A stretch of DNA of 40,000 bases from an uncultured Solirubrobacterales bacterium. GTDB lineage: Bacteria > Actinomycetota > Thermoleophilia > Solirubrobacterales > Solirubrobacteraceae. Each line of letters opens with the position of its first letter. Within the stretch, counting starts at the first letter, position 1. The stretch is from the NCBI GenBank assembly GCA_963817345.1, contig CAWFNV010000003.1, positions 1,405,437 through 1,445,436 of the forward strand, read 5' to 3'. Under the pieces are notes generated by a model. The model was not told the DNA's origin and searched no databases. It saw only the letters and a program-made list of their open reading frames with translations. The position numbers and the translations under genes are program-made. This document shows positions 9,910 through 17,742 of this stretch, piece by piece.

Positions 9910-9981
9910 GCCCTCGTAGTCCAATGGATAAGACGACCGCCTCCTAAGCGGTAGATCCAGGTTCGACTCCCGGCGGGGGCA
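9910..9981 (+). tRNA. tRNA-Arg (anticodon CCU)
   Basis: Manual fold. Acceptor GCCCTCG/CGGGGGC (one G-U pair); D arm GTCC-AATGGATA-AGAC; anticodon stem ACCGC/GCGGT with loop CTCCTAA (anticodon CCT); variable loop AGAT; T arm CCAGG-TTCGACT-CCCGG (one A-C mismatch); discriminator A. CCA is not encoded. It aligns position by position with E. coli argW as I remember it. Confidence 0.85.
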
Positions 9982-9991
9982 CTGCAGCGCG

Positions 9992-10084
9992 ATCATTTCG
10001 ATCTTCCACAAGTCCGAGCATTACTACGAGGTCGTAGACGGCCAGCAGCGCCTGCGTACGTCAGCGACGCTGATGGGACATGTA
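9992..10084 (+). pseudogene. 5'-truncated remnant of a ParB-fold DGQQR-motif gene (DUF262-, DndB- or DpdB-like)
   Basis: The frame-2 translation immediately after the tRNA reads IISIFHKSEHYYEVVDGQQRLRTSATLMGHV. It has no upstream start, since the frame runs open into the tRNA, and it decays into an AT-rich tract. YExxDGQQRLxT is the hallmark block of DUF262/DGQHR proteins. Confidence 0.4.
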
Positions 10085-10260
10085 TTTTTTCTACTTCGTA
10101 TTACCATAGTTACACCAAGTTTTATTTTTATATCGACCCCCCGCCCTTTGCCCAAACACCGCCCGTGGGCCCCAAGTACCCGTTGTGGGCGCCGTCAGGA
10201 CGCCGGCAAGCACCGGACGGGCCTTACGTAACGGACATACGGCGTAGTAGCCTCTCCAGC

Positions 10261-10812
10261 ATGGGAGTGCTCCAAGAGCTGGCGGCTGATCTCGATGTCG
10301 AGGAGCGCACGTTGCGTAGGGCTGCCTCTCAGGGCACCTTGCGAGCCACCCGGATCGGACCGCGGCGGCTACGGCTTGCGTCAGGCGAGCGCGAGTATCT
10401 CCAGGCTCATTGGTCGCTGCTCTCCTGGCTTCGCCGGGCGCTGCGTACCGAGCCTGGCGTTCGTCTGGCCGTCCTCTATGGCTCGCTGGCGCGGGGCGAC
10501 GAGGACGCCGACTCGGATCTCGACCTGCTGTTCTCGTTTGCCGACGATCGTCCCTCGGCGGGCGTCGAGTTGGCTGTCCGCTTGCAACGAGTCAGCGGCC
10601 GTCAGATTGACATAGCCGACCTGCGACGAGTTGAGGTCCGGGCTCCGCTTCTCCTGGACCGGGTCCTTGACGAGGGCCGTGTCCTGGTGGACCGAGATGG
10701 GCAGTGGTGTCTGCTGCGTGAGCGCCACGACGCGATCCGCGCGCGCGCTAGTCGTGATTACCGCCGCCAGATGACCGGTGCAGCCCGCGCGATCGAAGAG
10801 CTGACTCGGTGA
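10261..10812 (+). CDS. HTH plus minimal nucleotidyltransferase (MNT-type) protein, putative antitoxin
   Basis: Within ORF 10165..10812; ATG 10261 (MGVLQELAADL). The N-terminal HTH is EERTLRRAASQGTLRATRIGPRRLRL. The NTase signature is LYGSLARGDEDADSDLDLL (GS-x9-DxD). Confidence 0.7.
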   Translation: MGVLQELAADLDVEERTLRRAASQGTLRATRIGPRRLRLASGEREYLQAHWSLLSWLRRALRTEPGVRLAVLYGSLARGDEDADSDLDLLFSFADDRPSAGVELAVRLQRVSGRQIDIADLRRVEVRAPLLLDRVLDEGRVLVDRDGQWCLLRERHDAIRARASRDYRRQMTGAARAIEELTR

Positions 10813-11342
10813 ACGACTCGGCGCCTTCGAGGATCGAACCTCACATTCTCAAGGCCGAGCAGGCTCGGCTGGCGCGCTTCTTCCAGAGCATCAACAAGCA
10901 CCGCAAGGCCATCGACCTGGCGATCGAGGAGGACTTCGGCGGCGCGCTCGACCCGGTCGAATGGAGAAGCGCCTTCGAGTCCTCAGAGCCCCGCGATGCG
11001 AACCGCACAATGGTCGTCACTGGCGATCACTCGGCCATGCTCAACGCCTATGTCGAGATCCTCAAGGCCAGCGCCGGCGCCCGTCTGATTGGCCTACTCC
11101 CGCACCGTCGCCCACACGCCAGCCAAGTATTCGATGCGCTTGTCGCAGACGGTGGGCTGGGCAAAGAGCAGGCGGCGCTGCTGGACGAGCTCTACGTCCT
11201 CGAGGGCCGACTGGAGCACGCCTCACCGGACGTCGATGCCGAGGAGGTTCGCGCTGCTGTCGAGCGACTCCGCCAAGCACTCCCGGATTTGATCGAGAGC
11301 ACCCACACCTGGCTGCGCCGCCACGGCGTCGAGCTTCGGTAA
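10809..11342 (+). CDS. Cognate partner of the NTase, possible HEPN-like toxin (assignment weak)
   Basis: ORF 10809..11342. Its GTG start overlaps the upstream stop (GTGA), indicating coupling. The protein is helical, and the only HEPN-like element is ARLIGLLPH (R-x6-H). No family firmly recognised. Confidence 0.4.
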   Translation: MNDSAPSRIEPHILKAEQARLARFFQSINKHRKAIDLAIEEDFGGALDPVEWRSAFESSEPRDANRTMVVTGDHSAMLNAYVEILKASAGARLIGLLPHRRPHASQVFDALVADGGLGKEQAALLDELYVLEGRLEHASPDVDAEEVRAAVERLRQALPDLIESTHTWLRRHGVELR

Positions 11343-11348
11343 AGATCT

Positions 11349-11371
11349 CCCGCCAGTGCAGCCCTGGCGGG
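11349..11371. terminator. GC-rich hairpin between convergent genes (possible bidirectional terminator)
   Basis: cccgccag-tgcagcc-ctggcggg forms an 8-bp perfect stem with a 7-nt loop. It lies 7 nt after the stop at 11342 and 22 nt from the MFS stop at 11393. There is no clear U-tract. Confidence 0.5.
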
Positions 11372-11392
11372 GCAGGGCTTGAATAGGCAGCC

Positions 11393-12835
11393 TCAGGTGG
11401 GGGCGTACCCTGCCCGGTCGCTCAACTGCTCTCCACACCGTTGCGCGGTGTGCTGTGCCCATTGCCCAGTGGTTGCTACGCCAATTGCGAGTACGAGCGC
11501 ACCGCAACCTGCGATCAGCCACCACGCCGGGTGGCTCGCCGATGCGAGCTGCGTTCCGATGCCGCTCCCGACGCTCGCGCCGAGAATAGATCCGATCACC
11601 GCCACCCCGAGTGCCGCGCCGACCTGCCTGCTCGTTGACGCGATCGCGGCGGCGACGCCAGCCTGGTTGTTGGGCATGCCCGACACAGCCGTGTAGGTGA
11701 TCGGCGGGTTGACCCAGCCGAAGCCGATGCCGAAGACGGCGTACATCGCGAGCAGCAGCGCCAGCGGCGTCGTGGGCGTTAGCGCTGTCAACACCAGCGC
11801 GCTCGCGACCATGAAGCTGCCGGCGATGCACAGCGGGAGACGAGGCCCACGGCGGCTCAGCACCCGCCCCGACAACGGGCTGCAAATGAGCGCCGCCGCA
11901 GCCATCGGCAGCGTGCAGAGCCCGGCCTGCAGCGCGGAATAGCCGCGGACGTCCTGCAGGTAGAGAGTGTTGATCAGCAGAAACCCGCTAAACCCGGCGA
12001 ACGCGCTGATTGCGATCAGTGTCGCGCCGGAGAACGGTGCGCTGCGGAAGAAGCGCAGATCGATCAGCGGGTCCACTCGGCGTGGCTCGTACAGCACTAG
12101 CGCCACGAGCGCGAGCACCGACAGCGCGAACGTGCCGATCGTCTGTGCCGAGGGCCAGCCGGCGGACGGTCCGTCGATGATCGCGTATGTCAGCGACGCG
12201 AGCGCCACGATCACGAGCACCTGGCCGACGGGATCGATCCGCCGCGGGCGCGGCGCGCGCGACTCGGGCACGAACAGTGCCGTCAGGACGACCGCCGCCA
12301 GCCCGATCGGCACGTTGATCCAGAAGATCGCGCGCCAGTCGATCGCGACCAGCGCACCGCCCACGACCGGACCGAGGCCGAGGCTGATGCCCACCACCGC
12401 TCCCCACGCGCCGATCGCCCGGGCGCGCTCGCGCGGCTCGGTGAACACGTTCGTGATGATCGACATCGCCACCGGGTTCAGCATCGAGCCGCCGACGCCC
12501 TGCAGCGCGCGCGCTGCGATCAGCCAGCCGAGCGTCGGCGCGAAGCTGCATAGCAGCGACCCACCGACGAATACCAGCAGCCCCACCTGGAAGGTGCGCC
12601 GCCGCCCCAGGCGGTCGGCCGTCGAGCCGGACAGCAGCAGCAGGCTTGCCAGGACGATCACATACGCGTCGATCGTCCACTGCAAACCCGACAGCGACGC
12701 GTGCAGGTCGCGATGGATCGACGGCAGCGCGACGTTCACGATCGTGCTGTCCATCGCCACGATCAGCAGGCTCATGCAGCAGATCGCGAGGATCACCAGC
12801 CGCCGGCGGTCGCTGAGCTGCGGTGTGTCGTTCAC
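11393..12835 (-). CDS. MFS transporter, DHA2 (14-TMS drug:H+ antiporter, EmrB/QacA-like) type
   Basis: ORF 11393..12904; I prefer GTG 12835 (VNDTPQLSDRRRLVILAICCMSLLIVAMDSTIVNVALPSI). Typical DHA2 blocks are present (LSGSTADRLGRRRTF, many TM helices). Host-like high G+C. Confidence 0.85.
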   Translation of the reverse strand: MNDTPQLSDRRRLVILAICCMSLLIVAMDSTIVNVALPSIHRDLHASLSGLQWTIDAYVIVLASLLLLSGSTADRLGRRRTFQVGLLVFVGGSLLCSFAPTLGWLIAARALQGVGGSMLNPVAMSIITNVFTEPRERARAIGAWGAVVGISLGLGPVVGGALVAIDWRAIFWINVPIGLAAVVLTALFVPESRAPRPRRIDPVGQVLVIVALASLTYAIIDGPSAGWPSAQTIGTFALSVLALVALVLYEPRRVDPLIDLRFFRSAPFSGATLIAISAFAGFSGFLLINTLYLQDVRGYSALQAGLCTLPMAAAALICSPLSGRVLSRRGPRLPLCIAGSFMVASALVLTALTPTTPLALLLAMYAVFGIGFGWVNPPITYTAVSGMPNNQAGVAAAIASTSRQVGAALGVAVIGSILGASVGSGIGTQLASASHPAWWLIAGCGALVLAIGVATTGQWAQHTAQRCGEQLSDRAGYAPT

Positions 12836-12880
12836 CTCGATAGTTCTAGCGTCATGACCACAGTTCGCGATCTGTCCGCA

Positions 12881-12920
12881 CCATGGGAGACCATGACTGG
12901 CCATGACAGATCATGAACAC
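12881..12920 (+). repeat. Four tandem 10-bp YCATG-phased direct repeats (candidate operator array)
   Basis: ccatgggaga / ccatgactgg / ccatgacaga / tcatgaacac occupy exactly 12881, 12891, 12901 and 12911. A fifth tcatgacca sits at 12852. The array lies between the divergent MFS and HTH-queC genes. Confidence 0.6.
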
Positions 12921-12962
12921 CAAGAGAAGGACAGCTTTGCTACACAGGAGGAAGGCGTGGAT

Positions 12963-13856
12963 ATGCTCTCAGTGCGGCGTGTCGCTAAGCACCTCGGCAT
13001 CTCGGAAAGCGGCGTCTATCGTCTCATAGACGCCGGTGACCTGTCCAAGCTGAAGGTGGGCACTCGTACCGTGTTTGAGCCAGCGGAGGTTGAGCGATAT
13101 ATCGCTCGATGTCGCGCGGCGTCTCGCACTGAGCAAGAAAGCAACTGGTCCGGGGAAGGACGCAGGGCCGTCGTCTTGCTGTCAGGCGGCCTCGACTCGG
13201 CCACCGTCTTGGCAATCGCTCAGAACCAGGGCTACGAGGCATACGCGATCTCCTTCCGCTACGGCCAGCGTCATGCAATCGAGCTTGATGCGGCCCGTGC
13301 GGTCGCGAGAGCCGCTGGGATACAGCCTCCTGTAGTCACAGAGATCAACCTTGGGATCTTTGGTGGATCTGCCCTTACGGCAGATATCGTGGTGCCGAAG
13401 CACGACTCAGTCGCAGAACTCGGAGAGGACATCCCATCGACCTACGTGCCGGCTCGAAACACGATCTTCCTCTCCTGCGCTTTCGGATACGCAGAGACCC
13501 TTGAGGCCGACGACATTTTTATCGGCGTAAACGCACTCGACTACAGCGGCTACCCCGACTGTCGCCCTGAGTACATCAATCACATCGAAGGCACTTTCAA
13601 TGTTGCTTCCAAGCGCACCGTGGAAGGCCATAGACTCCGTATCCACACTCCGCTGATCGACATCACAAAGGGCGAGACCGTCCGTCGCGGAATCGAGCTC
13701 GGGGTCGACTACTCACTCACGCGCTCCTGCTATGACCCAGCGCTTGCGGGCGAGGCATGCGGGCATTGCGACTCTTGCCTGCTGAGACTGCGTGCGTTCG
13801 CCGAAAATGACCTTGAGGACCCGATCTCCTACCAAGGCCAGAAGCTGGCGGCCTAG
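12963..13856 (+). CDS. queC: 7-cyano-7-deazaguanine (preQ0) synthase fused to an N-terminal excisionase/MerR-type HTH domain
   Basis: ORF 12903..13856. I prefer ATG 12963, which is preceded by aggaggaagg and avoids the CATG repeat array. The HTH is [47 protein letters not shown]. The QueC core has [11 protein letters not shown] (PP-loop), YVPARNTIF and the Zn motif [10 protein letters not shown]. Confidence 0.85.
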   Translation: MLSVRRVAKHLGISESGVYRLIDAGDLSKLKVGTRTVFEPAEVERYIARCRAASRTEQESNWSGEGRRAVVLLSGGLDSATVLAIAQNQGYEAYAISFRYGQRHAIELDAARAVARAAGIQPPVVTEINLGIFGGSALTADIVVPKHDSVAELGEDIPSTYVPARNTIFLSCAFGYAETLEADDIFIGVNALDYSGYPDCRPEYINHIEGTFNVASKRTVEGHRLRIHTPLIDITKGETVRRGIELGVDYSLTRSCYDPALAGEACGHCDSCLLRLRAFAENDLEDPISYQGQKLAA

Positions 13857-13858
13857 TT

Positions 13859-14620
13859 GTGCTCGCTTCGGCACCATGCTTGAGCGACTCGAGCGCTTTG
13901 GACGATGCGACTTTCCCCGTGGTCGAGATCTTTGGCCCCACAGTTCAGGGAGAGGGTCCAGAGGCGGGTCGTCCGGCGTACTTCGTGCGCTTCGGTGGGT
14001 GCGACTATCGCTGTAGTTGGTGTGACTCGATGCACGCAGTCGAGCCAGGCCTTGTGCGTGCTGCAGAGCGTCTCAGCGCGACCGATGTGATCGCTCGGCT
14101 GCGGGATAGACCCTCGGGCCCCGATCTCGTGGTGCTCAGCGGAGGCAATCCGGCTCTATTGGAGCTAGGTCAACTCGTAGAAGAGTTGCAGCGCGAGGGC
14201 AGGCAGGTCGCCGTCGAGACTCAAGGGAGCGTGTGGCGGGACTGGCTTGGCCGTGTAGACAGTCTTGTCATTTCGCCAAAGGGCCCGTCGTCGGGCATGG
14301 TCAACAGCAAGCATGCCAAGCAATTCCGAGCTTTTATGGGCAAGGCGTGTTCTGCCGGAGCATCTCTAGCACTGAAGATCGTCGTTTTTGATGGCGAAGA
14401 TCTCGACTGGGCTCGGCAGACCGCTGGCGATTACTCCGAGATCCCTTTGTATCTGTCCGCAGGCACCGACGTGGACCTCTCCGAGGAGCAGACCATCAAT
14501 CGTCTTCGTGACCGCTACCGCTGGCTGTGCGAAGCAGTCTCCACTAATGCTGATCTTCGCCATGCACGAGTGCTCCCACAGCTGCACGTGATCGCCTGGG
14601 GAACGGCACTGGGGGTCTGA
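13859..14620 (+). CDS. queE: 7-carboxy-7-deazaguanine synthase (radical SAM)
   Basis: ORF 13859..14620 (GTG start). It has [11 protein letters not shown] and the radical-SAM cluster [10 protein letters not shown]. It begins 3 nt after the queC stop. Confidence 0.85.
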   Translation: MLASAPCLSDSSALDDATFPVVEIFGPTVQGEGPEAGRPAYFVRFGGCDYRCSWCDSMHAVEPGLVRAAERLSATDVIARLRDRPSGPDLVVLSGGNPALLELGQLVEELQREGRQVAVETQGSVWRDWLGRVDSLVISPKGPSSGMVNSKHAKQFRAFMGKACSAGASLALKIVVFDGEDLDWARQTAGDYSEIPLYLSAGTDVDLSEEQTINRLRDRYRWLCEAVSTNADLRHARVLPQLHVIAWGTALGV

Positions 14621-14621
14621 C

Positions 14622-14990
14622 ATGGAGCTCTACAAGGAATTCACTTTCGAGGCGGCTCACCGTCTACCCAATGTTGCACCAGAGCACAAGTGCGCCCGCC
14701 TGCACGGTCACTCCTACCGTGTGATCATTCACATAAGCGGAGAGGTCGACCCGCAAACCGGCATGGTCATGGACTTTGCCGACATCAAGGCCGCATTCAA
14801 GCCGATCGTTGCAGGGCAACTGGATCACTACTACTTGAATGAGGTAGAGGGCCTAGAGAATCCAACCTCGGAGAACCTCGCACAGTGGATCTGGCAAAGG
14901 CTTCAGCCTCTCTTGCCGCTGCTTTCAGCGGTGGAGGTCAGGGAGACGTGTTCCTCGGGGGTGCTCTACAAGGGCGAGCGGGAGCGATGA
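14622..14990 (+). CDS. queD: 6-carboxy-5,6,7,8-tetrahydropterin synthase
   Basis: 122-aa ORF: [10 protein letters not shown]...[11 protein letters not shown]...[10 protein letters not shown]. This is the typical QueD/PTPS His-triad layout. Confidence 0.9.
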   Translation: MELYKEFTFEAAHRLPNVAPEHKCARLHGHSYRVIIHISGEVDPQTGMVMDFADIKAAFKPIVAGQLDHYYLNEVEGLENPTSENLAQWIWQRLQPLLPLLSAVEVRETCSSGVLYKGERER

Positions 14991-15808
14991 GCCTGCTGGC
15001 AGATAAGACGCTTCCAGATGTCCAGGGCGGCAGAGACGAACGTGGCGTGGCGCTCAACGATGTCGGGATCTCGGGCCTGCGCTACCCAATCACCGCCGAA
15101 TGTGCTGATGGCAGCAGCCAACAGACAATCTGCGAGGCGCAACTCACCGTCGCATTGGCCGCTCAGGCTCGGGGCACCCACATGAGCCGATTCGTCGAGG
15201 CTTTGCATGAGCAACACGACTCGCATGCAGTTTCCCCGGCAAGCACCCTGAGGATGGCACGAGAACTCGCGAGTCGTCTCGATACTGACGAAGCCGCAAT
15301 CAATCTCAGCTTTCCCTTGTTCATCCAGCGCAAGGCTCCGGTCACCGAGCATACGGCCCTACTGGGTATCGACTGCACGCTCAGCGCGCGTGCCGGGAAC
15401 TGCGGAGTGAGCCTACAGATTGGTGCCCGTGTCCCAGTCACGAGTCTCTGTCCCTGCTCCAAGGAGATCGCTGACTACAGCGCCCATTCTCAGCGCGGTT
15501 ACGTGACGATAGACGCGCTGGATGGCTGCTGGGCTAAGGGAGGCGACGGGATATGGCCAGAGGAGTTGCTTACCGTCTGTGATCAGGCAGCCTCGGCTCC
15601 GATCTATCCACTACTCAAGCGTCCCGATGAGCGTCACGTGACGATGCTTGCTTACGACCGTCCCGCGTTTGTCGAGGACCTGGCGCGCGAAGTCGCGACC
15701 GCACTACAAGCAGACGAGCGGATTGCGGGCTTTGACCTCGAGGTCGTCAACCAAGAGAGCATCCATGATCATCAAGCACTGGCACGATTGCAATGGAGGC
15801 GCTCGTGA
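14987..15808 (+). CDS. folE2: GTP cyclohydrolase I type 2 (GCYH-IB, FolE2)
   Basis: Within ORF 14885..15808. ATG 14987 overlaps the queD stop (ATGA). Motifs ARGTHMSRF and [21 protein letters not shown] are characteristic of FolE2/MptA. Confidence 0.8.
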   Translation: MSLLADKTLPDVQGGRDERGVALNDVGISGLRYPITAECADGSSQQTICEAQLTVALAAQARGTHMSRFVEALHEQHDSHAVSPASTLRMARELASRLDTDEAAINLSFPLFIQRKAPVTEHTALLGIDCTLSARAGNCGVSLQIGARVPVTSLCPCSKEIADYSAHSQRGYVTIDALDGCWAKGGDGIWPEELLTVCDQAASAPIYPLLKRPDERHVTMLAYDRPAFVEDLAREVATALQADERIAGFDLEVVNQESIHDHQALARLQWRRS

Positions 15809-16480
15809 GTCGGGAGATCCTCATTGTGAGTTCGTGTACGGCTACTAAGGTCCAGACGGCCGATGGGCAACCGCGTTGGGCCGAGTCGCTGTATGCCGGC
15901 CAGCAGCATGTGCGCCTTATGCGAGGTATAGATCGATACCGGCAGGCTGGAAAGCCAGCAGGTGAGTTGAGCTTTCGCATCCTGTCTGCATTTCATGGGC
16001 TCGTTCGGCCACGTAAGTCGGTCTCCTCGTACGATCACTCGTTTTCCGGTCTACCGACAGCTTGCTATCCAGCGCCAAGGCCGCGAAAAGAACGTACCCC
16101 AAGACATCCGCAAGCTCCTAAACAAGCCATTTGACCTTGGGGTGCTGATGCTTGGGGATCCGTACTTGAGAGCCTGCGACCTTGACTGCGACGTCAAACT
16201 CGGTGGTCCGACGATCGTATTCTGCTCCCCGAAAGTCGCGAGGTGGCTCCCCGATCTTGACGGGTCGCGGCTCGTACAGTTGACCAATCACGAGGCACGC
16301 CGATTCTCCTGTGGGCTGATAGCGCTCAAGGGCGAGCTAGGCGGCCGTATCCTTATCGCGCTCTCCCAGCAGTCGGCGATTCTGAGCACGTTGATAAGCC
16401 CCGACATTGATTTGCTGGATTGGCTGGAGGCAATGCCACCGACCTCCTTGCCCGAACATCAACTGCTAGCAGCCGGGTAA
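15805..16480 (+). CDS. YaaA/DUF328-like protein, candidate DpdC; reading frame interrupted (net +1) within about 16042-16060
   Basis: ORFs 15793..16134 (frame 1) and 15995..16480 (frame 2) read as one protein. GTG 15805 overlaps the folE2 stop (GTGA). ILIVSSCTATK, ILSAFHGLVRPRKSVSSYDHSF and SCGLIALKGELGGRILI parallel the E. coli YaaA blocks [29 protein letters not shown] and YAKKARGLMSRFII, which I quote from memory. Removing one T from the T4 run at 16042-16045 restores ...YDHSFPVYRQLAIQ.... Confidence 0.5.
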
Positions 16481-17742
16481 TGGACTTCTACTTCCCTGAT
16501 AGTCAGGATCAAATTGATCCCAGATATTGCTTTGACGTTGAGGAGCATCCACCTCACCACGTTCGCCAGCGCGATGACTACTACGCGCACGAGGCGCACT
16601 TTCAGCCGCCATACACAGGCATGCTCGTATCAAAGACAATGGTCGATGGCTATCAAGACACAGGACGCTACACGCCTGCTCAACGTCATCGGCTCTACCG
16701 CCTAGGCGTCCATGACTTCTTTCGTCTGCCAGTCGGGATGAACACACTGGGTGACTGTGGCGCATTCTCATATGTCGCCGAGCAAGATCCACCCATCACC
16801 GTCGATGAAGTCATCGACTTCTACGAGGGTTGCGGGTTCGATCTCGGTATCTCCGTCGACCACGTGATTCTCGACTACCGTGCAGACGCCGAGGAGTCTG
16901 GCGAGATCGACCCTCGATGGATAGAACGACAGGAGACCACCCTTCGATGCGCTGGCGAGTTTCTAGAGCGCCACGCTGAACGTGGTTGCAGCTTTACACC
17001 TGTCGGGGCAGCCCAGGGCTGGAGTCCTCAGTCCTATGCTTACTGTGTAGAGGAGCTCCAGCGCCTTGGCTACAAGCGGATTGCCCTAGGGGGAATGGTC
17101 CCGCTAAAGACCATGCAAATCATGGCTTGCCTCAAGGCTGTTCACAAGGTGCGTAACAAGAATACGCAGTTCCACCTACTTGGCGTAACCAGGACCGAGT
17201 ATGTAGTGAACTTCGCAGCTTTTGGGGTCACTAGCTTTGATTCGACCTCTCCGTTTCGCCAAGCGTTCAAGGACGACAAGGACAACTACTGGACGAAGGA
17301 CCACAAGTACGTGGCGCTTCGTATTCCCCCAAGCGAAGGCAATGCCAAACTTCAAGCTCTTATCCGTGCTGGACAACTCGACCAACGCGAGGTACGCAGC
17401 CTCGAGGTCGCGTGTCTTACCGCCTTGCGGGCATATGATCGTGGCGACAGGACGCTAATGGGAGCAATCACCGCTCTTCGGGACTATGAGCAACTGGTTA
17501 GTCCAGAAAAGGACCACACACAGGCCTACCAGCGAATGCTCGAGGATGCTCCCTGGCAGCGCTGCCCATGTGCGGTTTGTAAAACCGACGGCATTGAGGT
17601 AGCCATTTTCAGGGGAACTGAGCGCAACAAGCGTCGCGGCTTTCACAACCTGTGGGTCTTTAATCAGACATTGCAAGGATACATCGCCGGAGGCGAGTCA
17701 GTTAATGCTATGACAGAGGAGATAATCGGTGAACGCGTCTGA
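16480..17742 (+). CDS. dpdA: DpdA-type TGT-family transglycosylase (predicted DNA-guanine to preQ0 exchange)
   Basis: Within ORF 16420..17742. ATG 16480 overlaps the upstream TAA (TAATG). The TIM-barrel TGT-like core includes GISVDHV, ALGGMVP and TSFDSTSP. The Zn motif is CPCAVCK, followed by FRGTERNKRRGFHN, as I remember for the DpdA/TgtA5 family. Confidence 0.75.
   Translation: MDFYFPDSQDQIDPRYCFDVEEHPPHHVRQRDDYYAHEAHFQPPYTGMLVSKTMVDGYQDTGRYTPAQRHRLYRLGVHDFFRLPVGMNTLGDCGAFSYVAEQDPPITVDEVIDFYEGCGFDLGISVDHVILDYRADAEESGEIDPRWIERQETTLRCAGEFLERHAERGCSFTPVGAAQGWSPQSYAYCVEELQRLGYKRIALGGMVPLKTMQIMACLKAVHKVRNKNTQFHLLGVTRTEYVVNFAAFGVTSFDSTSPFRQAFKDDKDNYWTKDHKYVALRIPPSEGNAKLQALIRAGQLDQREVRSLEVACLTALRAYDRGDRTLMGAITALRDYEQLVSPEKDHTQAYQRMLEDAPWQRCPCAVCKTDGIEVAIFRGTERNKRRGFHNLWVFNQTLQGYIAGGESVNAMTEEIIGERV

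Noticed and set aside
9640-10011. A 123-aa minus-strand ORF spanning the pyrE 3' end and the tRNA.
   Set aside because: It overlaps a well-folded tRNA-Arg and the pyrE coding region, and it is Arg/Pro/Ser-rich. I judge it spurious.
10081-10135. Possible inverted-repeat relationship between the left AT-rich tract (tgtattttttctacttcgtatt...) and the reverse complement of the right AT-rich tract at 22085-22125 (tgtattccaaatttcgttttat...).
   Set aside because: By eye only tgtatt and ttcgt are shared. The similarity is too weak and AT-biased to call terminal repeats.
11361-11373. ctggcggggca in the terminator hairpin resembles the tRNA-Arg 3' end (ccggcgggggca). It could be an attR-type direct repeat bounding a 1.4-kb TA islet.
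   Set aside because: The match is only about 11 nt, imperfect and G/C-rich, and the hairpin itself fully explains it. It cannot be distinguished from chance without comparative data.
12902-12904. Longest-ORF start codons of both divergent genes (plus-strand ATG 12903 for queC, minus-strand ATG 12904 for the MFS transporter).
   Set aside because: Both ATGs are created by one palindromic CATG inside the 10-bp repeat array. Better starts exist: 12963, which has an aggagg SD and coincides with the HTH N-terminus, and GTG 12835, which lies just before TM1.
12836-12962. I looked for a preQ1-type riboswitch or another structured leader upstream of the queC operon.
   Set aside because: I could see no compact stem-loop with an A-rich tail or a pseudoknot-compatible pattern. 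The phased CATG repeats dominate the region instead.
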